From Mobula hypostoma (lineage: Eukaryota): a stretch of DNA of 64,000 bases. The notes below the pieces were generated by a model. The model saw only the letters and a program-made list of their open reading frames with translations. It did not search any database and was not told the DNA's origin. How positions within the stretch are numbered: the first letter of the stretch is position 1; each line of letters starts with the position of its first letter. Below, in pieces: positions 53,369 to 64,000 of the stretch. The stretch covers positions 39,682,001-39,746,000 of the forward strand of contig NC_086097.1 in NCBI RefSeq assembly GCF_963921235.1, in the 5' to 3' direction. The position numbers and the translations under genes are program-made.

Positions 53369-53829
53369 TTATTTCTTTCTGCTTCTGCTAGCTTTCAACT
53401 GAGGGACTTAACACTTCTCTTTTGTTATAAAAACAACCCTTCCCATACAGTAGTATGGACAGCTACTTAATCTATTTCTGGCTGTTTAGACTGCCCTTTT
53501 TATTCATTTTGAAGATGTGGCGATTGCTGTTCTTCCATGATCACTCGTGAGAGGTGATGGCAAAATGAATGCCTTCATGAGCAGTCTTTGTGTAGGTACT
53601 CGCTCAATGCTGCTGTGTAGATCATTTGAAGATTTAAGTCCAGTGATGATGAAGGAACAGTGTTGTATTACTAAGTCAGGGTGGTGTGTGATCTGGAGGG
53701 AATCTGCAGGTAGTGGTGTTGCTAAGCCTCTACTGTTTTTCCTCAATAAGTATTTTAGATATCTGAGGTTTGCTAGATGCAGTTGGGAAAGTGTTGGCAG
53801 GTTGTTTCAATGTGCTGCTCTCATTAGAA

Positions 53830-55290
53830 TTATAGAGTCATAGAGCTGTACAGCATTGAAACAGGGCCAACGGCCCACATAGTCCATACTGAACTGTTAT
53901 TCTGCCTAGTCCCATCAATCTGCACCTGGACCATAGAAACATAGAAACATAGAAAACAGGTGCAGGAGTAGGCCATTTGGCCTTTCGAGACTGCACCGCC
54001 ATTCAGTACGATCATGGCTGATCATCCAACTCAGAACCCTGTACCTACCTTCTCTCCATACCTCCTGATCCCTTTAGCCACAAGGGCTATATCTAACTCC
54101 CTCTTAAATATAGCCAATGAACTGGCCTCAACTGTTTCCTGTGGCAGAGAATTCCACAGATTCACTGCTCTCTGTGTGAAGAAGTTTTTCCTCATCTCGG
54201 TCCTAAAAGGCTTCGCCTCTATCCTCAAACTGTGACCCCTCGTTCTGGACTTCCCCAACATTGGGAACAATCTTCCCTCTATATCCCTCCATACCCCTCT
54301 CATCCATGTACTTATCCAAACTGCTCTTAAATGTTGCAATCAAAGCTGCCACCGTATCTTCCACTGACCTGCTTATTCCACACTTGCACCAGCCTCTGAG
54401 TGAAGAGGTTCCCCTTAAATATTTCACCTTTCACCTATAATTTATGACCTCCAGTTCTAATCTCACCTCTCGCCAATGGAAAAAAGCCTGCTTACATTAA
54501 TCATAACTGGACCCTTCATAATTTTGTATATCCCTATCAAACCTCCCCTCATTCTCCTATGCTCCAGGGAATAAAATCCTAACCTATTCATAGCAAGAGG
54601 ATTCGAGTACAGGAGCAGGGAGGTACTACTGCAGTTGTACAAGGCCTTAGTGAGACCACACCTGGAGTATTGTGTGCAGTTTTGGTCCCCTAATCTGAGG
54701 AAAAACATTCTTGCCATAGAGGAGTACAAAGAAGGTTCACCAGATTGATTCCTGCGATGGCAGGACTTTCATATGATGAAAGACTAGATCAACTAGGCTT
54801 ATACTCTCTGGAATTTAGAAGATTGAGGGGGGATCTTATTGAAACGTATAAAATTCTGAAGGGATTGGACAGGCTAGATGTAGGAAGATTGTTTCCGATG
54901 TTGGGGAAGTCCAGAACAAGGGGTCACAGTTTGAGGATAAAGGGGAAGCCTTTTAAGACCAAGATGAGGAAAAACTTCTTCACACAGAGAGTGGTGAATC
55001 TGTGGAATTCTCTGCCACAGGAAACAGTTGAGGCCAGTTCATTGGCTATATTTAAGAGGGAGTTAGATATGGCCCTTGTGGCTAAAGGGATCGGGGGTAT
55101 GGAGAGAAGGCAGGTACAGGGTTCTGAGTTGGATGATCAGCCATGATCGTACTGAATGGCGGTGCAGGCTCGAAGGGCCGAATGGCCTACTCCTGCACCT
55201 ATTTTCTACGTTTCTATGTTTCTATTCAACTGTTCCCTTTTACTCAGGACCTGGCAACATCCTTGTGAATTTTTTCTGTACTCTTTCAGT
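53830..55290. mobile_element. Old minus-strand CR1 3' end carrying two young CR1 3' ends in opposite orientation (53933-54275 minus, 54591-55221 plus)
   Basis: ORFs 54031-54339 and 54745-55146 share the same C-terminal peptide. CTATTCA flanks the plus copy at 54584 and 55222. Confidence 0.88.
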
Positions 55291-56225
55291 CAGCATCAGG
55301 AAGGAACACCCACCACCAACAGTTAAAGAAAGCAACTGTACTCCTCACAAAGTCCCGTCGTACCACAGTGATATGGATGTTTGGCTGAGCAGAGAAAAGT
55401 GGGGAGTTCAAAGACGGTCGGGAGGTGATAGGTCCAGGGTAGTTATTCACAGCATGGAAATAGTTTCATCCGCACCAAGAAAATTCCTAAATCTTTCCCA
55501 ATAACACCTTCCTGTCAGGGAACATAAATTTCCACCTCTTTTCCTCCTTGCCCATGCATTATATTGACAAAGAGATCAATCATTTGTGACACTATTTATT
55601 TTTTAATCATTTAGCAATGAGAGATACAGCCCAATTACCAGCATTTTATAAAATCTGTCTCTTATGAGTCTGCCTCTCTTTTATAAATGATCCATAACTT
55701 GGTTGATATAGAATGCTGAGAATCCCAGTAGACACAGACCATTAGTATTCGCTCATCTCCCTTACACACTATGGCAACAGAAATTCATTTCAAGAAGCAA
55801 TTAACAGAAAGAAGCTTAAGATAGTCTCCGATGATGCTTTAAGTCACTGGCTGATAAAATGCAGAGGAGGCCACTGGCCCATTTTAACCTTGCCAGCTCT
55901 TTGAAATGGCCTCTCATAAATCCCATTCCCCAGTCTTCCTGGTAAGCTTGCAATAGGTGAAATTGGGAAAGATTTAGGAATCTACCTGATTTCCTACTGA
56001 AAGCTCTTTTAATTCTGGTCTGGCAGCTACTTAATTAAATCTCTACTTAACCTTGTTTGCTCAAAAGAGAATAATCCAACCCCAGCTTTTCCAAACTCTG
56101 CAAATAATTTCTCAACCTTTGAATTGCTTTGTTTAATGTTGTTTGCACTTCCTCTGTGATATTCACATCCTTCCCAAAGTCAGGAATCCAGAGTTAATCA
56201 CAATACTCAGATGCAGAATAACAAT

Positions 56226-56411
56226 CATCAAAGTTGCTGGTGAACGCAGCAGGTCAGGCAGCAGCCCTAGGAAGAGGTACAGTCGACGTTTCAGGCCGGG
56301 ACCCTTCGTCGACTGTATCTCTTCCTAGAGATGCTGCCTGACCTGCTGCGTTCACCAGCAACTTTGATGTGTGTTGCTTGAATTTCCAGCATCTGCAGAA
56401 TTCCTCTTGTT
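56226..56411. mobile_element. Mini fold-back PLE-derived element
   Basis: 63-bp arms at 56226-56288 and 56307-56369. 14-bp TSD TGCAGAATAACAAT at 56212 and 56412. Confidence 0.92.
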
Positions 56412-56960
56412 TGCAGAATAACAATGCTTGGAGTTGGCAATGAAGCTGCAAATGCCGTTTCAAATCTTGATATAGTCTCAAGGAAGCCACTTTTTTTTTC
56501 TCTCTGCAGAACTCCAGTGAGCCGAAGATCATCTAGCAGACTCTCTCTGCATGGGATAATCCTTTCATCTGAAGAATCAATTTAGCGATTTTTATACTGC
56601 TTGTCGGATAAATACATCCAGACCTTGATAACTGGACCAAAACCAGCAAAGTACACTACCCCACAAATGATCTTGCCAGTTCTGTCCCTGTAATACCCAA
56701 GTCAATAATAACAAAGCCTATTTTCCCGCACTTGATTGCATATAAATGAGAACCTCAATCCCCATCTACTTAAGTAACATTTTTGTAAAATCTATTAAGA
56801 ATGTTCTAGGAACCAGAGAAATTTGCTTAATTATGATCAATGTATCTAAGAATCCTATCTTTGAACCTTGGATATAGTCTGTCAAATCCTGAGAAATGTT
56901 GCTTCCTCTATGTTAATGTTATCTCCAGGTTTGACTACTCTTGTATATTTCTCATCTAGC

Positions 56961-57115
56961 TTTCAAAGGTTTCAAAGGTACATTTAATGTCAGAGAAATG
57001 TATACAATATACATCTTGAAATACTTTTTCTTTGCAACCATCCACAAAAACAGAGGACTGCCCCCAAAGAATGAATGACGGTTAAATATTAGAACCCCAA
57101 AGCTCCCCAGCCCCC
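56961..57115 (-). repeat. SINE/LINE 3'-tail repeat; second, longer copy at ~62109-62457
   Basis: Both begin TTCAAAGGTTTCAAAGGTACATTTAATGTCAGAGAAAT. Confidence 0.7.
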
Positions 57116-57504
57116 GTGGATTTCCAGCATCTGCAGGTTTTCTCGTTTGTGATCGGAGAATTTGCAAGTGGGAAGAAGTGAAGTGATATTTGGAAACTTG
57201 ACTTTTTAAAGCATAATTTAGCATGCAAATCACATATGGACAGTGTGAGAAAATCCTTCATTACCCACTACAGGCATGCTAAGTATGTTTTGTGGGAGTA
57301 CAGATGAACTAGAGCGAGAACGATCAAACCCAGAGGAGATCAAGGTTCTTACTGACTTTAACAGGTTTTGCTACCTGTTAAAATGAATGCCTCTACATAT
57401 AAAATTCAGTGTGCATATGTTGCCTCTGGGCAAAAAAATTGCACAGCACAAGATTTTTGCACGCACTGGTTATTACAAATTAGTAGGAACATTGGTTCTC
57501 TCTT

Positions 57505-58490
57505 AAACACAAGAGGTTCTGCAGATACTGGAAATCTTGTGCAACAGACACATAATGCTGGAGGAACTCAGCAAGTTAGGCATCACCTATGGAAGGGAAT
57601 AAACAGCTGATACTTCAGGTTGAATTCCTTCATCAGGACTGGAAGAGAAAAGACAGAAACCAGAATAAGAAGGTGGGAGAGAGGAAGGAACACAAAGTGG
57701 CAAGTGGTAGGGTGACGCCAAGTAAGGAGGAAGGTGGTAGGTGGGGGGAATGAAGTAGAAAGCTGGGAAGCAATAGGTAGAAAGCATAAAGAGCTGAAAA
57801 AGGAGGAATCTCACTGGAGAGGACAGTAGATTATGGAAGAGAGAGAAACAGGAGATGACCCAGAGGGATGGGATGGGCAGGTGAGAAGAAGAGAAGGGAT
57901 AAGAAGGTAACCAAGATGGGTAATAGAAAAAGAAGGAAGGTGTTGCAACCATGGATCTGGCAGCGCAGCAGGTACAGCAATTGCGCTTGTGAATATGCAC
58001 GTGTCAGCTATTTATTGCGCTTGTGAATATGCATGTGTCAGCTATTTATTATTTCATTGTGATGGTATTTAATTCTATTCCTTCCGTCGTAGTGTTTGTC
58101 GAGACTTGGACACAGCACAGCAACGCTTCACTGCATGCTTGCATTTGGCCTTACCTGAGATATTGGACTGTTGGGTCAACTGGCTCTGAAGACTAGCAGT
58201 ACTTGTTTTATATTTAGTTATTCCTTTCAGCCGCAGTGTTGTCTTCATTTTCCATTTGAGAGTTTTAGTTAACGGCCCTGTTTGGCCTAGAGTTTATTGT
58301 TTTCTTTTCCCTCTAACTCTGTTCACATTAAAGTCTGTGAACTATTGACCTGCTTCAGTATCTCTTGCTCTGCACTTGGTCCATATCCAAATGTAGTGAA
58401 AGAAGGAGTGAAGAGGGAGAGACGACGAGATGTCAGAGAAATTGATGTTCATGTCATTTAGTTGGAGACTGCCCAGACAGAATCTGGGTG
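57505..58490 (-). mobile_element. Old Penelope-like 3' fragment interrupted by a solo LTR
   Basis: Terminal repeat at 57505-57640, purine-rich arm, and resumption at 58402 through GAGAAATTGATGTTCATG. Confidence 0.82.
57941..58401 (+). mobile_element. Solo LTR of the same Gypsy family as 26905-28722
   Basis: About 58233-58401 is the reverse complement of 28552-28722. 5-bp TSD GAAGG, TG start, and an internal 34-bp tandem duplication near 57980-58050. Confidence 0.88.
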
Positions 58491-58973
58491 GTGATGACAT
58501 GCTCTGTAACTCTCTGAAATAACTGCACCTCTAATCCTGGACTCTCCAACTTCCCTGAATTTAATCACTCTACTATTTTACAATTGCGGAAGAACATTTA
58601 CAATCTAAGAATCCCTGGGAACATTTGAAGAATATTACTGATAAGCATCAGGCTTCTTTAATTTCATAGAAAGGAAACTATACCTTTCAGGGCTGATCAA
58701 CCATGGTTCAGCAGGAGATCCTTCAGTTTGCCTTTCATTAGATTCATATTTCTTTAATTAGCCTCCACTAACTTGGCTATTCCATTATCTTCCTCTTTGT
58801 GGGGCTAAAATCTCTACTCAAGGGGATATTTTTCTTTTCACCCTATTTATGCAAAAACTGAAGATTATATAAGGTTAACAACAGGAATTCTGCAGATGCT
58901 GGAAATTCAAGCAACACACATAAAAGTTGCTGGTGAACGCATCAGGCCAGGCAGCATCTCTAGGAAGAGGTGC

Positions 58974-59008
58974 AGTCGACGTTTCAGGCCAAGATCCTTC
59001 GTCAGGAC
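58974..59008 (-). ncRNA. Predicted minimal type I hammerhead ribozyme (inverted arm)
   Basis: The minus strand reads GTC-CTGACGA-AGGATCTTGGCCT-GAAAC-GTC-GAC. Confidence 0.7.
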
Positions 59009-59286
59009 AAACTGAAGGAAGAGTGAGTAAGGGATCTGAAAGTTGGAGGGGGAGGGGGAGATCCGAAATGATAGGAGAAGACAGGAGGGGGAGGGATGGA
59101 GCCAAGAGCTGGACAGGTGATAGGCAAAAGGGATACGAGAGGATCATGGGACAGGAGGTCCGGGAAGAAAGACAAGGAGGGGGGAGGGGACCCAGAGGAT
59201 GGGCAAGGGGTATATTCAGAGGGACAGAGGGAGAAAAAAGAGAGTGAGAGAAAGAATGTGTGTATAAAAATAAGTAACAGATGGGG

Positions 59287-60205
59287 TTCTGGAGACAGCT
59301 TATCCACTGGTGTCTACTATAAGCCTACTGACTCTCACAGCTATCTGGACTATTCCTCTTCTCACCCTGTCTCTTGCAAAAACGCCATCCCCTTCTCGCA
59401 ATTCCTCCGTCTCCGCCGCATCTGCTCTCAGGATGAGGCTTTTCATTCTAGGATGAGGGAGATGTCTTCCTTTTTTAAAGAAAGGGGCTTCCCTTCCTCC
59501 ACTATCAACTCTGCACTTAAACGCATCTCTCCCATTTCACGTACATCTGCTCTCACTCCATCCTCCCGCCACCCCACTAGGAATAGGGTTCTCCTGGTCC
59601 TCACCTACCACCCCACCAGCCTCCGGGTCCAACATATTATTCTCCGTAAATTCCGCCACCTCCAACGGGATCCCACCACTAAGCACATCTTTCCCTCCCC
59701 CCCTCTCTCTGCATTCCGCAGGGATCGCTCCCTACGTGACTCCCTTGTCCATTTGTCTCCCCCATCCCTCCCCACTGATCTCCCTCCTGGCACTTATCCG
59801 TGTAAGCGGAACAAGTGCTACACATGCCCTTACACTTCCTCCCTTACCACCATTCAGGGTCCCAAACAGTCCTTCCAGGTGAGGCAACACTTCACCTGTG
59901 AGTCGGCTGGGGTGATATACTGCGTCCGGTGCTCCCGATGTGGCCTTTTATATATTGGCGAGACCCGACGCAGACTGGGAGACCGCTTTGCTGAACATCT
60001 ACGCTCTGTCCGCCAGAGAAAGCAGGATCTCCCAGTGGCCACACATTTTAATTCCACATCCCATTCCCATTCTAACATGTCTATCCACGGCCTCCTCTAC
60101 TGTAAAGATGAAGCCACACTCAGGTTGGAGGAACAACACCTTATATTCCGTCTGGGTAGCCTCCAACCTGATGGCATGAACATTGACTTCTCTAACTTCC
60201 GCTAA
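59287..60205 (+). pseudogene. 5'-truncated but uninterrupted PLE ORF: RT thumb, Cys linker and GIY-YIG endonuclease
   Basis: VYYKPTDSHSYL, PCKRNKCYTC, VIYCVRCSRCGLLYIGET..RFAEH and LEEQHLIFRL..PDGMN. Confidence 0.92.
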
Positions 60206-60498
60206 TGCCCCACCTCCCCCTCGTACCCCATCTGTTACTTATTTTTATACACACATTCTTTCTCTCACTCTCCTTTTTCTCCCTCTGTCCCTCTGAATAT
60301 ACCTCTTGCCCATCTTCTGGGTCCCCCCCCCTTGTCTTTCTTCCTGGACCTCCTGTCCCATGATCCTCTTGTATCCCCTTTTGCCTATCACCTGTCCAGC
60401 TCTCGGCTCCATCCCTCCCCCTCCTGTCTTCTCCTATCATTTTGCATCTCCCCCTCCCCCTCCAGCTTTCAAATCCCTTACTCACTCTTCCTTCAGTT

Positions 60499-60534
60499 AG
60501 TCCTGACGAAGGGTCTCGGCCTGAAACGTCGACT
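60499..60534 (+). ncRNA. Predicted minimal type I hammerhead ribozyme
   Basis: AGTC (stem I), CTGACGA, AGG..CCT (stem II), GAAAC, GTC^, GACT (stem I'). Predicted cleavage after 60530. Confidence 0.75.
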
Positions 60535-61899
60535 GCGCCTCTTCCTATAGATGCTGCCTGGCCTGCTGCGTTCACCAGCAACTTTGATGTGTGTTGATTA
60601 TATAAGGTTGTTCCGTACTTCAAACCTATATCTAAACCTTTAAATTCTACATTTTAATTATAGGGCTTTACAGGCACCCATTTATAAGTCAGCATGTACC
60701 TATCAAGTTTTCAGAGTCATCTAGCTTTGTACTCCGTAATACTTAAGAGAATTTTTAATCTTTAATTACTTTCACAGTGCAATGGCACTTGAAAAATTAA
60801 CTGTCAGTACAAAATAACCGAGGGAGAATTATCATATTAAAGCTAAGACCTTTTATTGGTTTTGCCTGTCTTATACATGCATCCATCTGGAGACCTGAAT
60901 ACTCCTGAATTTATTGCACGATTTAACAAAATACAGCTGTTGTTATGAAACATATTTGATAGAAAGAATTGGTAAGGTTTAGGATAAATGCGCCATGCTA
61001 AACGATTAGATGTAGTCCATAATGAAACGTCATGGATAAATAAAGTCATAGAGGTAAAACTGAAACGACACCAAAAGTACAGACAAGAATTGCCAGGAAC
61101 AGAAGGGAAAAGAAAGTGAAAAGGAAATAGAAAGTAAGATTATTGGCAAGTATAAGAAAAAATAATACTCTTAAGGACATGAATAATGTAATAAAGTTAG
61201 AATAGGAAGAGGAGCACAGGCAATGATAGTAAGTGGATGAAACTGAACAGGTAGGATCTAGAGATACTAGCAGGGTAAACGTGACATTGGATGGAAGGAT
61301 CGATCCAATAGTGAGGATAGAACATGTGTTCTTCTTTGTGGGGAGACCAAAACGAGATATCATAAATGCAAGGATGTGATATCAGGAAGTAGCAGAGATA
61401 TAGTAAAGGCCATGGGACTGGGCACTATTCTAGCTGTCGTTACTGATGATCTGCCCTCCAAAGCAAGCTGCAGTACTGAACAAGCTGCTCAGGCCAGTGA
61501 GGTCTCTGGCATCTACTCTACCATGTGGCAAAATGCCCTGTTCACAAAACAAAGGGGAAATATAATTTGCCTAATTAGCTGACTTGAATCATCAGCAAAA
61601 CAATGCAAGGTGTCTTTGGTAGTGCTATCAAGTGGCACGTACTCAACAATAACCTCCTTACCAACACTCATTTTAGTTTGTTATCTTATGTAGAGAAACA
61701 GCACAGTAACAGGCCCTTCTAGTCCGCGAGCCTGCACCACCCAATTAACCTGCTGAGACATATGTCTTTGGAATGTGGGAGGAAACTGGAACACACAGAA
61801 GAAACCAGAGTTTTCACCAGGAATGTTCACCTCTAAGCTAATTTAGCCTTCATCCAAACATGGACCAAAAAGTTGAATTCCAGATGAAGTGAGTGTGAC

Positions 61900-63200
61900 T
61901 GTCCTTGACCCAATGTGGTATCAAGGAGTCCTAGTAAAACGTAAGTCAGTGTGCAGCAAGAGGAAAATACTTAAAGGGTTGGAGTCATAATCTCACACAA
62001 GGGAAAATGGTTCTGGTGATTAGTCGGTCAGCCCTGCTCCAGGACTTCACAGGAGCTCGCAAGGCAGTGTCTGAGGATTAATCATCTTCAGCTGATTCAT
62101 CAGTAATGTTCAAAGGTTTCAAAGGTACATTTAATGTCAGAGAAATATTTACAATATACATCCTGAAATTCTTTTTCTTCACAACCATCCACAAGAATGA
62201 CAGTTAAAGGTTAGAACCCCAAAGCCACCCCCCAGCTTCCCCTTCCCACGCATAAGCAGCAGCAAAGTGACGATCCCCCCCACCAGCAAAATTAGCATCA
62301 GTGCCCCCCCCCCACCGAGCACTCAAGCGTGCAGCAAAGCATCAATAAAGACACAGACTTGCAGTACACCAAAGACTACTCGTTCACCCGGTAATTCGAC
62401 ATATCACAGGCTCTCTCTCTCTCCCTAATAAGGGAAAAAGAGGTGTCTCCGTTTCACGTTTGGTTAGAAATGGGAATTGTTTTTTGATGATTGCACAATG
62501 TTTAATTCTACTTACAACTCCTCAGTAAGTGAAGCAGCCCATACCTGCTTGCAGCAAGACCTAGACAACATTTAGTCATGAATTGTTAAGAGATAAATAA
62601 CATTGATAATAAAAGAAATGCTTGACAACAACCATTACAAACAAGAAAGTGTACTTACCAAACATTGATATTCAATGGCATTTTCATTGCAAAGTTCTCC
62701 ACCATCAATCTTCTAAAGTCACCATTAATCAGAAGCTGAATGGGATCAGTTACATAAGTACCACAGCTATAAGAACTGATCAGATGATGAATATCCTACA
62801 GTGGGTGACCACATCCTGACACCCCAAAGCCTCACTACCATTTACAGCACAGGCCATGAGGTATGATATAATACACTCCGGTAACTCTTGAACTTTAACA
62901 TCTTTCAGGACAAAGTAGCACTCCTGAATGGTACTTCGGCCATTATTCTGAACATTCATCCCTTACAAAGTGCCGCACTAGTGACTACAGTGACAAAATG
63001 CACCTCCAGCCCTTTTCTCTACCACAAGGACAGCAGGCAGATGGGAATGCCATCACCTTTGAGTCCTTCTCCATTCTAACTTGACTTGGGACACATATCA
63101 TGAATCTTTCTTCATTGTTGGGTCCAAGTCCTGAAAATTGCTACCCAACATACTGTAACAGTACCTTTACTAGAACCATGTTTAAGAAGGCTTTCAGGAA
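61900..63200 (+). mobile_element. Very decayed LINE RT remnant (CR1/L2-group), interrupted at 62109-62457
   Basis: Residual QGSV..IIFS-like and QQDLDNI codons. Confidence 0.45.
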
Positions 63201-63367
63201 CATTTCTGAAGGAACTGTTAGATCCGGGCACAGCGGCAGCCTCTCCCCTCTCCAGTACAGAGCAACCAATCAAAAGGCAGGCAGCTGGTGCCTGCCCTCT
63301 GCGCACGCTTCAATGCTTCAATCTCCTTCGATGAGCATGGTGAAAGCTTTCACCAGAACATCTACTG

Positions 63368-63532
63368 CCTGAGTCAGTGGTGGAGGCAGATACACTCGTG
63401 AAGCTTAGGAGACTACTAGACAGGTATGTGGAGGAATTTAAGATGGGGGTTATATGGGAGGCAGGGTTTGAGGGTCGGCACAATATTGTGGGCCGTAGGG
63501 CCTGTAATGTGCTGTACTATTCTATGTTCTAT
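63368..63532 (+). mobile_element. CR1 3' tail
   Basis: VVEADT..RLLDRY codons and a TTCTATGTTCTATG tail. Confidence 0.8.
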
Positions 63533-64000
63533 GACATTGCGGTCATGGAAACCATTTCCAGGGCAACTGGAATCCATCAATGCTGGCTGATTATTGTTGG
63601 ACACTTAAGCGAGAAGCCTCAGACACTGAGTACAAATGAAATTCATCAACAAAACATTTTTAGCTTTGTTAAACTATTGCAAAGTGTTAGCACCGTTGTG
63701 CAATTAAACACATTATATTCAATGAAAGTTGATTTCTTGTTTCTCCAAATTCCCTATGTGATACAAGTAGTCTGAAATTATATTTGTATTCTGCTTCAAA
63801 TGGTCTATCACATACATAAAAAATTTCAGAGGAAGCAAGACTTTCGAAAAATTTGTTGTCCAGTGTTATTGAAGCAATTGGTGTTCCTCTAATTAAACAG
63901 ATTAGATTTAGATGACAATATATTACTGTATGGGGTAGAATTTCTGACTCACAGCTCCAGTGATGCAGGGTCAATCCAACGTTCAAAGTTCAAAGTAAGT

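Larger units (their letters stand above)
58877..60595 (+). mobile_element. Young Penelope-like (Neptune-type) insertion with an inverted 3' arm
   Basis: 14-bp TSD GATTATATAAGGTT at 58863 and 60596. 58877-59286 is an inverted copy of the 3' end. Confidence 0.95.

Noticed and set aside
59096..59286. N-terminal 64 aa of the 369-aa ORF
   Set aside because: It comes from the inverted non-coding arm and is not part of the PLE protein.
8081..60595. Recurrent ~100-bp repeats as a CRISPR or satellite array
   Set aside because: They are dispersed in both orientations with individual TSDs and no regular spacers, in a eukaryotic context.
60843..61363. Hydrophobic minus-strand ORFs as membrane proteins
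   Set aside because: They are antisense to A-rich, probably decayed CR1 sequence and show no splice or family signal.

Overview
Eukaryotic, repeat-dominated vertebrate DNA. The repeat families suggest a cartilaginous fish, probably a ray; this is inferred and not proven. No intact host protein-coding gene is recognisable, and nearly every listed ORF is a transposon fragment or its antisense shadow. The window holds young and old CR1 LINEs, RTE LINEs, a Tx1 and an L1-clade LINE, Rex1/Babar tails, three Gypsy remnants plus a solo LTR, Tc1/mariner, Tigger and hAT MITEs, SINEs, and many Penelope-like (PLE, Neptune-type GIY-YIG) pieces, often nested. The strongest signal is in the PLEs. Their 3' region carries a minimal hammerhead-ribozyme motif (CTGAYGA...GAAACGTC). 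At least five miniature fold-back insertions of about 150-200 bp, made of that same 3' sequence, are each bounded by a 10-14 bp target-site duplication (TSD). In four of them the second arm starts within a few nucleotides of the predicted ribozyme cleavage site. Other points of interest are a twin-primed 5'-inverted L1, a Gypsy family with a self-priming signature, a three-layer nested insertion and a possible exon split by a CR1. Family names come from motif recognition only. Boundaries of old elements are approximate (tens of bp).
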